Below, one piece after another: positions 1 to 8,174 of a stretch of DNA of 59,636 bases. The notes beneath the pieces were generated by a model. It was given only the letters and a program-made list of their open reading frames with translations. It was not told the origin of the DNA and did not search any database. The first letter of the stretch is position 1. Each line of letters begins with the position of its first letter. The position numbers and the translations under genes are program-made. Origin of the DNA: a virus (taxonomy: Duplodnaviria; Caudoviricetes). Location of the stretch: positions 1 to 59,636 of the IMG/VR virus record IMGVR_UViG_3300011116_000547; one strand, written 5' to 3'.

Positions 1-127
1 TTAAACAAAAATAAAAAATTTATTTATGGAGAATATCTATTCACAATTGATTGGGCTCATCCAGAACCTAACATCATCGATACTGAACATTCTGAAATTC
101 CCGATCAGCATAAGTGTGCTCATGTAT
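1..127 (+). repeat. Terminal direct repeat, left copy (probable assembler k-mer overlap)
   Basis: ttaaacaaaa...catgtat is identical to 59510-59636 and lies inside a coding frame. Confidence 0.95.
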
Positions 128-312
128 TGGCTCTTGATGACGGCAATTTTGCAGCTCAGCCTAATAATCGTATTCTGTGGAGTATTCCTAGCTTTACAAC
201 TTCAACACACTGGCCGGATTATAAAGTGCAAACTACAGAGTGGAATGTTGAAAATAAAAACTGGAAATTAGAAGATACTGATGATATGTTTTATCAAGTG
301 GAGGATAAATGA
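1..312 (+). CDS. 3' part of conserved hypothetical phage protein spanning the junction (total about 216 aa)
   Basis: Frame LNKNKKFIYGEYLFTIDWAHPEPN...QVEDK* continues the frame opened by ATG at 59171. Confidence 0.85.
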   Translation, partial: LNKNKKFIYGEYLFTIDWAHPEPNIIDTEHSEIPDQHKCAHVLALDDGNFAAQPNNRILWSIPSFTTSTHWPDYKVQTTEWNVENKNWKLEDTDDMFYQVEDK

Positions 313-659
313 GCAGTGAATTTAAATTAAGTGATCAAACAAGTGTAGCGCTACCTATTAAAAATATAGTTGCTATTGTATCTGCTATTGTTGTAGCAGT
401 GTGGACTTATTTTGGTATTGTTGAAAGGCTTAATAGACTTGAAACTAATGAAAAATTAATGGCACAAGACCTTTTAAAGAAGGCAGAACAAACTCCAAAA
501 AATCAAGAGATGTATATGTTAATTGAATATCAAGCTAAAGCATTAGACAAACACTCTAAACAATTAGAAGAAAACGTTCACACTAAAGTATTAATAGCTC
601 AATTAGAAAAGAAAGTAGATAAACTAGAAAAAGAATTAGATTCATTACGAGGTAAGTAA
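309..659 (+). CDS. Membrane-anchored coiled-coil protein (possible lysis accessory/spanin-like)
   Basis: One N-terminal TM segment then heptad-rich helix; GAGG RBS; lies upstream of two cell-wall hydrolases. Confidence 0.6.
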   Translation: MSSEFKLSDQTSVALPIKNIVAIVSAIVVAVWTYFGIVERLNRLETNEKLMAQDLLKKAEQTPKNQEMYMLIEYQAKALDKHSKQLEENVHTKVLIAQLEKKVDKLEKELDSLRGK

Positions 660-871
660 TGATTGAAATAGTATTTGCATTATTGATGTACATGAATAAT
701 AAGTTAGAAGGATATTCTCCAAAAAATAATCTTGCAGAATGTTTGGAACAAAAAAGAAAAGTAGAACGAGACCCAGGCACTAATGTAAACTGGAGCTGTA
801 AAGAAGTAAAAGCCATTATAGAAACTGATAAACATGGCGTCAAACGAATTAAAGAAGTTAAACAAGACTAA
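659..871 (+). CDS. Small exported-type protein with two Cys
   Basis: TAATG coupling, GAGGT RBS, hydrophobic N-terminus. Confidence 0.6.
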   Translation: MIEIVFALLMYMNNKLEGYSPKNNLAECLEQKRKVERDPGTNVNWSCKEVKAIIETDKHGVKRIKEVKQD

Positions 872-924
872 TTGTATTAACAACCTAGCAGTTGGATGCT
901 GCCTCTCAAATTACTGTAAATGTT

Positions 925-1530
925 ATGATAACAAAGATTACGTTAATAAAATATTTGATAGTAGCTCTAGTAGCATTTGTATTAGGTACATTCTTCCCCA
1001 ACCCCGCCGCCAAGAGGAAGGTTCAGGTTGATACGATCAACTGGGCCACAAAACTCGGGTTTGGTATCCCGAGGTTTGAGTACTCAAACAACAAAGAATT
1101 CATCTCTTCTCTCACCAACTGTATCAATTATCTAAATTTCAATATCCCAAGACGACAAAGAGTAAACACAGAACTAATAATAGCGCAGGCTATCGTTGAA
1201 TCTAACTATGGAACATCTCGGTTTGCAAGGGAAGGCCACAATCTGTTTGGTATACGAGTATGGTCGAAAGAAGGTATGTTGCCACATAAACAACCAGATA
1301 CCATAGAATGGAGAGTTAGGGTCTTTAAAAGCAAATGCGAATCTGTTAGATATTACATAGAAATTCTAAATACAAAAAGAGTGTATGCAGAGTTTAGAAA
1401 AATTAGAGAGATCACATTAAATAAAGATCCTATTCTAATGGCAAAAGCTTTAGATAATTTTTCTACAAACAAAGAATACGAAAAACATGTTATTGAAGTT
1501 ATAGTTAAATTAAGAAATGAAACTAAGTGA
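925..1530 (+). CDS. GH73 glucosaminidase/Bax-like peptidoglycan hydrolase with N-terminal membrane anchor
   Basis: AQAIVESNYGTSRFA..HNLFGIR motif; TM segment YLIVALVAFVLGTFF; start at 925 chosen over 892. Confidence 0.8.
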   Translation: MITKITLIKYLIVALVAFVLGTFFPNPAAKRKVQVDTINWATKLGFGIPRFEYSNNKEFISSLTNCINYLNFNIPRRQRVNTELIIAQAIVESNYGTSRFAREGHNLFGIRVWSKEGMLPHKQPDTIEWRVRVFKSKCESVRYYIEILNTKRVYAEFRKIREITLNKDPILMAKALDNFSTNKEYEKHVIEVIVKLRNETK

Positions 1531-1972
1531 AAATTTTACATTAGATGAATTAACAAAGTCTCAAGAAGCAATAAGACTTGGAATAGATAATACACCAAAC
1601 GATGAGCATATCACTAATTTAATATTACTTTGTAAAAATATTCTTCAACCAATTAGAAATCATTTTAAAATTCCAGTATCAATATCTTCAGGTTACAGAT
1701 CAGCAGCTTTGTGTGAAGCCATAGGTTCATCATCAACGAGTCAACATACCAAGGGACAAGCAGCAGACTTTGAACTGTTTGGCATACATAACAGAGAGGT
1801 TAGTGATTGGATCGTTCAAAATTTAGATTTTGATCAATGTATACTTGAATTCTGGACTCCAAGTGATCCTAATTCTGGATGGATCCATTGCAGTTATAAC
1901 GATGCAGGCAATAGAAAATCTTATTTGAGCGCACAGAAATTAAATGGTAGAGTTGTATACACAGTAATGTAA
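1517..1972 (+). CDS. Peptidase M15 endolysin
   Basis: LSENFTLDEL, SSGYRS, SQH..GQAAD and WIHCSY zinc-binding motifs. Confidence 0.88.
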   Translation: MKLSENFTLDELTKSQEAIRLGIDNTPNDEHITNLILLCKNILQPIRNHFKIPVSISSGYRSAALCEAIGSSSTSQHTKGQAADFELFGIHNREVSDWIVQNLDFDQCILEFWTPSDPNSGWIHCSYNDAGNRKSYLSAQKLNGRVVYTVM

Positions 1973-2202
1973 TGCAAAAACTAAAATTTAATTCGTCTAT
2001 GTTTATTGACAATGTACTTGGAATTTGTCCCGAATGTAAAGAAGAAGCATTTCTAGTTGCGATTGTACAAGACTATTATAGATGTACTAATTGTGGCGAA
2101 GATACTAGACAATATGTTAATGGACATATAAAGTATTTAAAAATCAATGATACAGACAAAGATTATATAAAGAAATATGGCAAAAAAAGTAGCGCTCGGT
2201 AA
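1972..2202 (+). CDS. Zinc-ribbon protein
   Basis: CPEC...CTNC. Confidence 0.7.
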   Translation: MQKLKFNSSMFIDNVLGICPECKEEAFLVAIVQDYYRCTNCGEDTRQYVNGHIKYLKINDTDKDYIKKYGKKSSAR

Positions 2203-2311
2203 CGGCAAGTTTATACAACAAACTAATAAAAAACGTCCTGGGAGACATTCTAAAAGACCTAATAAACGTAATAGTAGAAAACCATATAAAGGTCAGGGTC
2301 GAAAGCAATAG
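2177..2311 (+). CDS. Small highly basic protein (44 aa) ending ...KPYKGQGRKQ
   Basis: Read manually: MAKKVALGNGKFIQQTNKKRPGRHSKRPNKRNSRKPYKGQGRKQ*. Confidence 0.7.
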   Translation: MAKKVALGNGKFIQQTNKKRPGRHSKRPNKRNSRKPYKGQGRKQ

Positions 2312-2347
2312 TTGACTTCTATAATAATATGGGATAATATTCCATAT
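2312..2347 (+). promoter_or_regulatory. Sigma70-type promoter overlapped by imperfect palindrome ATGGGATAATATTCCAT
   Basis: TTGACT-17-TAATAT directly upstream of the RHH-like ORF. Confidence 0.6.
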
Positions 2348-2371
2348 TAAACAACTAACAGAAAGAAAAAA

Positions 2372-2542
2372 ATGACCGATGTAACTAAATATAAAAACGT
2401 ATCTTTATCTAAAGAGACTTATTTAAAAATAGATAAAATACGAAAAGTAATGGTGCCAAATACAGTGATTAGCAGATCTCAAACAGTTAACATATTAGTT
2501 AATGAGAAAGCGAAGGAACTTAATGGCAAACTATCAAAATAA
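2372..2542 (+). CDS. Ribbon-helix-helix-like DNA-binding protein (56 aa)
   Basis: MTDVTKYKNVSLSKETYLKIDKIRK...ISRSQTVNILVNEK: alternating strand, helix, then SRS-helix pattern; GAAAG-type RBS. Confidence 0.65.
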   Translation: MTDVTKYKNVSLSKETYLKIDKIRKVMVPNTVISRSQTVNILVNEKAKELNGKLSK

Positions 2543-2861
2543 TTTAAATATGTTTAAGGAAGGAGAAGATTTTCTTCCAGAACAAAAATTATGGAGAGGT
2601 GTTCTTTGTCAAGCTTTGTATGACGCTTTATCTGATTTTAGAAATCAAATGATTACAGATGAAGATAAACAGGATGCAAAATATTGGTTTAGAGACAAAC
2701 CAAAAGACTTTTATACTGTTTGTAGAAATGCGGGCTTTGATCCAAACTATGTACATGAGAAAGTTAAAAAACTTATGAACCTAAAAGCTTTAAATAAATT
2801 AGGTATTGTTTGGAATCATCAAAGAAAAAATAAAATATATAACAATATGGAGTATAAATGA
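2523..2861 (+). CDS. Conserved hypothetical phage protein
   Basis: PEQKLWRGVLCQALYDAL..AKYWF..DFYTVCRNAGFDP; AAGGA RBS before ATG 2523. Confidence 0.7.
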   Translation: MANYQNNLNMFKEGEDFLPEQKLWRGVLCQALYDALSDFRNQMITDEDKQDAKYWFRDKPKDFYTVCRNAGFDPNYVHEKVKKLMNLKALNKLGIVWNHQRKNKIYNNMEYK

Positions 2862-3034
2862 GTGGTAAAGCAATATGTCCAGAGTGTAAAGGTAATGGTT
2901 ATATAACTGTTAAATTTCAAAAAGAAAAAGAACCAATACACAAAGACTGTAATTATTGCAATAATCAAGGAGAGATAGTTTTAGATAATAAAAAAATTGA
3001 AAGGTATTTAAACTATTCAAGAATGTTGCAATGA
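2858..3034 (+). CDS. Small DnaJ-type zinc-finger protein (58 aa)
   Basis: CPECKGNG...CNYCNNQG; ATGA coupling; GGAG RBS. Confidence 0.75.
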   Translation: MSGKAICPECKGNGYITVKFQKEKEPIHKDCNYCNNQGEIVLDNKKIERYLNYSRMLQ

Positions 3035-3207
3035 GTAATAAGTTAGTATGTCCAAAGTGTGGTGGTAAAAAATATTATTATATTTTTAATTACGACACTA
3101 GAAAAAGGATAATGTTAAACTGTGACTACTGCAAAGCAGAAGGTGAAGTAGAAATAAATGAAGAAACAATTAAGGATTTAACAGATGATGCAGGAGAATT
3201 ACAATGA
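3031..3207 (+). CDS. Small zinc-finger protein (58 aa), paralog of the preceding gene
   Basis: CPKCGG...CDYCKAEG; ATGA coupling. Confidence 0.72.
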   Translation: MSNKLVCPKCGGKKYYYIFNYDTRKRIMLNCDYCKAEGEVEINEETIKDLTDDAGELQ

Positions 3208-3383
3208 CTAAAACAAATTATTTAATGATGATAAAAAAATTAATTGCAGCATATAAAAAGAAATATGATGCACTTGGAAAGGAAAGAAAGAAAAATGGAT
3301 CTAAGAAATCACGAACCTAGTTTTTTAGCTTTAATAATAATTATACTTTGGATTCTATTAATTCTAACTATTATTATATACAA

Positions 3384-3950
3384 ATGATTAGAGGAGATAG
3401 TAAAGATTATAATTTATTAGATAATTGGGTTAGAGGATTAAAAGTAAACTCTAAAGATATATTATCTTGTGAAATCGGTGTTAGAGAAGGACTAGGATCC
3501 AAGATCATTATGGATGGTATCAAGGCCAATGGACCACGGACCTACATGCACATTGGAATTGATCCGTATGGTAATTTAAAATATCAACATTACGACAACT
3601 CTCCATCTTACACTGCAGATTATACTAATGAAATGCGATTACAACTTGAGAAAGATTTATCAGAGTATAAAGAATTTAAATTGTTTCATATGACTGATAA
3701 AGAATTTATGCGCCGTTATCCTGAATATGGACCATTTAACTTTGTACATTTTGATGGACCTCATATGACAAGAGATGTTGCAGATGAAGCAATGTTCTTT
3801 GCGCAAAGAAGTATAATTGGAACTAGATTTGTATTTGATGATTATAAAAATTTTCAAATGTCATTAATACAACAGATGTGTTCTTGGTATGGTTTTCAAG
3901 GAATAGATAAAGGAGATAATAAAATATGCCTAGAGAAACAGACACCATAA
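3384..3950 (+). CDS. Class I SAM-dependent methyltransferase (Methyltransf_24-like)
   Basis: CEIGVREGLGS, GIDPY, FVHFDGPH, VFDD motifs. Confidence 0.8.
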   Translation: MIRGDSKDYNLLDNWVRGLKVNSKDILSCEIGVREGLGSKIIMDGIKANGPRTYMHIGIDPYGNLKYQHYDNSPSYTADYTNEMRLQLEKDLSEYKEFKLFHMTDKEFMRRYPEYGPFNFVHFDGPHMTRDVADEAMFFAQRSIIGTRFVFDDYKNFQMSLIQQMCSWYGFQGIDKGDNKICLEKQTP

Positions 3951-4099
3951 TTAGTTTACCAACTTATAGGCAGTATTGGGTACACACAAAGCCTTATGGT
4001 CATGACATTGTTATTTGGTCTGATACTGGAAAGATTACTATTCAGTGTAAATGGCCTGATATGGAAAGATCTAATAACAACAGAGTTAGAAGAAAATGA
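3926..4099 (+). CDS. Hypothetical protein (57 aa)
   Basis: AAGGAG RBS; MPRETDTIISLPTYRQYWVH...RVRRK*; ATGA coupling to next gene. Confidence 0.6.
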   Translation: MPRETDTIISLPTYRQYWVHTKPYGHDIVIWSDTGKITIQCKWPDMERSNNNRVRRK

Positions 4100-5025
4100 T
4101 TATAAATATTAATAAATTAACCAATATTAAAAAAATAACTTTTGACTTAACCACAGAAGAAACTTGTATTTATTTTTTATTTCAAATTGATGAAGATACA
4201 CCTCGTTATAACCAGGTAAATGGAAAATATGTTGAAGATAAAAATGGTGCATTTATCATGGATAAAGGACCCAATTTCTTTAAACAAGAACCAAGGACCC
4301 TGGTTTATATAGGTCAAACTAAAAATTTTATGACTCGAATAAATGAACATTATTGGGCAGGAGTAAAAGGAAAAGATAAAAACAAACAAAGTTCAGTTAA
4401 AAAATTTAATTATTTTAGAAAAATAAAAAGCATTAAAGTATTTCAATATGATACAGTTCGTTCACATTATGAAAGAATATTAGTTAGAAAATTTTTACCT
4501 TACTATAATAACGCTTCCGAATTTTCAGAAAACCAAATTAGATTAATTAAAAATAGTAATGGTAGAATCAATCCAAGAGATCTTACAAAACCTTATGTCA
4601 TTAATCTTAAAGATATTATTAAAGCATCTGTTGCTTGGAAAACAGAAGACCCTGAATATCTTAAAAATGAATTTGCCAAACCAGTAACAAAAATGAAACA
4701 ATTAACAAAAATGGAAACACCTAATCAAAAATATTATCCAAAAGATTTATCTTATTACAGATTTAATAAAAAATATAATTTTGGAAAATTTGTTGATGAA
4801 ATTATTATTCCATTTCATAAAAAACAAAGAAAAGCTATTATTGAAGCAAGAGAAAGATTAAATACTTGGATTAAAATATTTGATCCAGAACGCCATAAAC
4901 GTAATGTAGAAAATGCTAAAATAAGAAATAAGAATAGGTATGAAGCTAATAAAGAATTTATTTCGAAAAGACAAAATGAATACAGAAGACTTTTAAAAAA
5001 AATTAATCAACCGGAGTTAATATAA
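4096..5025 (+). CDS. GIY-YIG family endonuclease (free-standing, homing-type)
   Basis: CIYF...VYIGQTKNFMTRINEH...YE...PYYN catalytic pattern; basic C-terminal region. Confidence 0.72.
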   Translation: MIININKLTNIKKITFDLTTEETCIYFLFQIDEDTPRYNQVNGKYVEDKNGAFIMDKGPNFFKQEPRTLVYIGQTKNFMTRINEHYWAGVKGKDKNKQSSVKKFNYFRKIKSIKVFQYDTVRSHYERILVRKFLPYYNNASEFSENQIRLIKNSNGRINPRDLTKPYVINLKDIIKASVAWKTEDPEYLKNEFAKPVTKMKQLTKMETPNQKYYPKDLSYYRFNKKYNFGKFVDEIIIPFHKKQRKAIIEARERLNTWIKIFDPERHKRNVENAKIRNKNRYEANKEFISKRQNEYRRLLKKINQPELI

Positions 5026-5077
5026 TGGAAATACTTGTTATAAACTTAGTTATTACATTAGCTTTATTTAGTTTACT

Positions 5078-5215
5078 GTGAGATATATATTTGTATTATT
5101 AATATTAATTGGTTGTTCAAAAGATATTTCTTTTGATCCTACGACTACTATTAGTAAAGAGATAATAAGATTTTTGTATAATGAATCTAACAAAGAGAAA
5201 CCGGTAATGGAATGA
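5078..5215 (+). CDS. Small putative lipoprotein (45 aa, GTG start)
   Basis: MRYIFVLLILIG-CSKD lipobox-like signal; stop overlaps ATG of next gene. Confidence 0.55.
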   Translation: MRYIFVLLILIGCSKDISFDPTTTISKEIIRFLYNESNKEKPVME

Positions 5216-5889
5216 AGTGGAATAAACGATTTAATTATCCCGCAAGTTCAAGGTCCTTGATTAATGATGAAAGGCATTATGAATTGGGAAAAGAAAAACT
5301 TCCGTCTGTGACAACGATACTACAAGCAACACAAACGGATGAAAAACGTGCAGCATTAGACGCATGGAAGGCACGAGTTGGCATGGATGAAGCAACACGG
5401 ACCAAGGACCAAGCAGCTGAAAGAGGCACAGCTATGCACAGGATATTAGAAAGTTATATACTAGGTCAAAATCATTTAGATTTAACTGACATAGGTCAAA
5501 ATGCTCATACCATGGCAAAACAAATCATTGATAATGGTTTAAAAGATTTAACTGAAATATGGGGATCTGAAGTTACTATTCACTACCCAGGATTGTATGC
5601 TGGCGCAACTGATTTAGCGGGTATTTATAATGGGTCGGAAAGTATAATAGACTTTAAACAGAGTAACAAGCCCAAAAGAAAGGAATGGATTACTGACTAT
5701 TTCCTACAATTAGGAGCGTATGCGATGGGTCATAACACTGTATATGGTACCAAAATAGACAGAGGTGTTGTCCTAATGTGTACAAAAGACAACCTTTTTC
5801 AACGTTTTGAAGTTGAAGGTAATGAGTTTGTTAATTACCAACATGAATTCTTAAGAAGAGTAGATCAATATTATAAAAATAAGATTTGA
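5212..5889 (+). CDS. PD-(D/E)XK exonuclease
   Basis: LPSVTTIL, RGTAMH, YAGATD..IIDFK, QLGAY motifs. Confidence 0.88.
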   Translation: MKWNKRFNYPASSRSLINDERHYELGKEKLPSVTTILQATQTDEKRAALDAWKARVGMDEATRTKDQAAERGTAMHRILESYILGQNHLDLTDIGQNAHTMAKQIIDNGLKDLTEIWGSEVTIHYPGLYAGATDLAGIYNGSESIIDFKQSNKPKRKEWITDYFLQLGAYAMGHNTVYGTKIDRGVVLMCTKDNLFQRFEVEGNEFVNYQHEFLRRVDQYYKNKI

Positions 5890-5914
5890 CATAATCTCCC
5901 AGATTTGATATTAT
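5886..5914 (+). promoter_or_regulatory. Sigma70-type promoter with TCCCA in spacer
   Basis: TTGACA-17-TATTAT with extended TG. Confidence 0.65.
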
Positions 5915-5938
5915 TATAGTTAGAAAGGAAATAAAACT

Positions 5939-6124
5939 ATGATGTGTATAAACTGTGAAGGTAAAGGTTATCTTGATGATGTTGTTTCAATAGGTGTTTC
6001 TGAAGGAGACTCTTATTTGGAACCTCATGTTGAGAGATGTGATGAATGTCAAGTGTTTGCTAATGATAAAGAAGCATTGAAAGAAACTATTAACCAGGAG
6101 ATGATTAATGAAGCTGCCGTTTAG
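5939..6124 (+). CDS. Small zinc-finger protein
   Basis: CINCEGKG...CDEC; GAAAGGA RBS. Confidence 0.65.
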   Translation: MMCINCEGKGYLDDVVSIGVSEGDSYLEPHVERCDECQVFANDKEALKETINQEMINEAAV

Positions 6125-6461
6125 TTTATGGTCTGATGATGTTGGTAAGAAAGTTTATAGAGTAACTAAAACCTATCATTTAACTATTGAACAATATGTA
6201 AAAGCAAATAACGAAGATGAAGCCTTTGATATTAGTTTAGATAAAGGTGGAATTAACTTTGACAGAATAGATAAGCTTATAACTAATGAAGACTTTCAAT
6301 TCTGTGAAACAACTTATGTTGATGCTGAACCAGGAGACACTGACATTGAGTATAAAGGTACGATTATCAAAGAAGATGATGATATTAAATGTGATTACTT
6401 TGAACCGGAAAATAAAGACACTGTAGTTCCATTTAATAAACAATTTGGGAGACATGTATGA
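6108..6461 (+). CDS. Acidic hypothetical protein
   Basis: AGGAG RBS; D/E-rich ORF. Confidence 0.65.
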   Translation: MKLPFSLWSDDVGKKVYRVTKTYHLTIEQYVKANNEDEAFDISLDKGGINFDRIDKLITNEDFQFCETTYVDAEPGDTDIEYKGTIIKEDDDIKCDYFEPENKDTVVPFNKQFGRHV

Positions 6462-6679
6462 TGCACTTATTTAGAGCACCTAAAACTTCTGTATATATTT
6501 ACAAAGTTAGAGGAAAGAATATCTTTGGATGTTTAAAATTTAAAACAAAAGTAAAAACTGTTGAAGATATGTTTAATGAACTTAAAGCTGTTAAAGAAAC
6601 TTTAAGAAAAAAATATAAAACTAAAAAAATATCTATTATGAAAGATACGACAGGAAATAAAGAATGGATGGCTGTATGA
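6458..6679 (+). CDS. Basic hypothetical protein
   Basis: ATGA coupling, GGAG RBS. Confidence 0.6.
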   Translation: MMHLFRAPKTSVYIYKVRGKNIFGCLKFKTKVKTVEDMFNELKAVKETLRKKYKTKKISIMKDTTGNKEWMAV

Positions 6680-6703
6680 AAAATAAAAAACTTAATTACT
6701 TTT

Positions 6704-6892
6704 ATGGATAAAGAAAAGAAAGTTTTAAAATTAATAAAAGATATAAAAAGTCCAAGACTACGAGCGGAAATTAGAAAGGATTTTATGAAACTAGTAGAAC
6801 TTAAAAGAAAGAAAGCAGAACTTGATTCTGCAGCATTTGATGAAGCTTTATCAAAACATAATATAAAATTTAAATCAACTAAACTACACTAA
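6704..6892 (+). CDS. Hypothetical protein
   Basis: ORF fills gap in co-directional block. Confidence 0.55.
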   Translation: MDKEKKVLKLIKDIKSPRLRAEIRKDFMKLVELKRKKAELDSAAFDEALSKHNIKFKSTKLH

Positions 6893-6901
6893 GGAGGAAA
6901 C

Positions 6902-7183
6902 ATGGATGTAAATAAAGATAGAAATGTAGAATTTATAAGTATTCAAGATGATATTTATAAATTTATTAGAGAAACTCAATTAAGAATGTCAAAAAATGGA
7001 TTTTCTGATCCTGTCGAAAGCTATGCTATATTTTTTGTAATATTGTGGCATGAAGTAGAAGCATTTATTAAGTTTATTGAAAAAACTAAGAAAAAAGATT
7101 TAACGGAAGTTAGAGAACATTTAAGATATAAAATTGAAGAGGTTATGGATGGTAATGGACCACCATCTATTAAATTTAACTAA
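6902..7183 (+). CDS. Hypothetical protein
   Basis: AAGGAGG RBS. Confidence 0.7.
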   Translation: MDVNKDRNVEFISIQDDIYKFIRETQLRMSKNGFSDPVESYAIFFVILWHEVEAFIKFIEKTKKKDLTEVREHLRYKIEEVMDGNGPPSIKFN

Positions 7184-7196
7184 CAAAGGAGGAAAG

Positions 7197-7388
7197 ATGA
7201 GTATAAAAGACTATGCAGTTCAAATGGTTGAAAAACAACTAGATGTTGTAAAGGAGTTATTGATTAATAATGAAATAACCCAGGCCCAAGCTGCAGATAA
7301 AATAGAAAAAATAGATAACATAGAATTGGTCACGAATATGGACCCAAGCGACATTGCCTATGAAATGGTAATGGAGACAAGAAGCTAA
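7197..7388 (+). CDS. Hypothetical protein
   Basis: AAGGAGG RBS before ATG 7197 (MSIKDYA). Confidence 0.7.
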   Translation: MSIKDYAVQMVEKQLDVVKELLINNEITQAQAADKIEKIDNIELVTNMDPSDIAYEMVMETRS

Positions 7389-7389
7389 T

Positions 7390-7760
7390 TGTGTCAAAAT
7401 TGTGGCAAGATTATGTCAATTATGTGTAGTGTGACATAAATGTCACACATTTGTGGTGCTTCATGTGGAGAAAAAAAGTGAATATTTATGCGGTTTGTGG
7501 TGGTCATGTGGTGTTTTTCAAAATGACTAGAATCATTGGTATACATAGAGAATATTCATTTTGTGGTACTTGTGGTACTTTTTTTCCTGGAAAATAAAAA
7601 AAATTTTTTTTCAAACCCTAAAAAAATATCCTAAAAGCACCACAAAATAGGTTAAGTCATTGATTTATATGACTAAAGTGGTTTTTCAAAAGCACCACAC
7701 GGACACCACACAGCACCACATAACCCTATAAATAAGGTTTAAAATAAAATACATTGATTT
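7390..7760. promoter_or_regulatory. Non-coding iteron array: candidate replication origin or terminase-binding region
   Basis: Seven TGTGG copies (7401-7575) face four CACCACA copies (7637-7720) across an A/T tract; palindrome GTGTGACAT-AA-ATGTCACAC at 7429-7448; IHF consensus at 7653-7665. Confidence 0.65.
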
Positions 7761-7762
7761 AC

Positions 7763-8056
7763 ATGAGTAATTTCAATTATGACCTATATAAAATATCTTG
7801 GGAAGATATTTGTAGTGATTCTGGATGGGCTTCTGACGTTGAATTTAATAAATTATCTGTAAGTCATTGTATTTCAATCGGTTTTATTTTTAAGAAAAGT
7901 AAAAAATATTTATGGATATTTTCTTCCTATGAGATAAACGATCTTGGCGAAATTAACTTCGGAGATCGAACGGTAATTCCGCTATCTAACATAACCTCTA
8001 TGGAGAAAATCTATGGGCAAGAAAAAAAGCGAAACTATCCAAGACATACTGGATAG
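7763..8056 (+). CDS. Conserved hypothetical phage protein (W-x-D...GW family)
   Basis: WEDICSDSGW..CISIGFI..IP..I pattern. Confidence 0.7.
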   Translation: MSNFNYDLYKISWEDICSDSGWASDVEFNKLSVSHCISIGFIFKKSKKYLWIFSSYEINDLGEINFGDRTVIPLSNITSMEKIYGQEKKRNYPRHTG

Positions 8057-8174
8057 AATTCAAGAAGACATAGATACAATCAGAGACAAAGCTGAAGAGT
8101 TAGAAAATCACGATTGTGATTCTGATTCTGACTCGGATGATTCTGATTGGTCTGATGAAGACGAAGACGAATAG
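8013..8174 (+). CDS. Small very acidic protein (53 aa)
   Basis: GGAG RBS; MGKKKSETIQDILDRIQEDIDTIRDKAEELENHDCDSDSDSDDSDWSDEDEDE*. Confidence 0.65.
   Translation: MGKKKSETIQDILDRIQEDIDTIRDKAEELENHDCDSDSDSDDSDWSDEDEDE

Noticed and set aside
1-127. Biological direct terminal repeat
   Set aside because: The 127-bp length matches a common assembler k-mer and it falls mid-gene.
26-271. ORF 26-271 and ORF 59232-59489
   Set aside because: Alternative frames over the junction-spanning gene.
3384-3950. DNA methyltransferase
   Set aside because: Motif order fits small-molecule/sugar class I methyltransferases; no DPPY/NPPY or PC catalytic motif.
5212-5889. Cas4 / CRISPR adaptation gene
   Set aside because: Lacks the four-Cys Fe-S motif; typical phage exonuclease.
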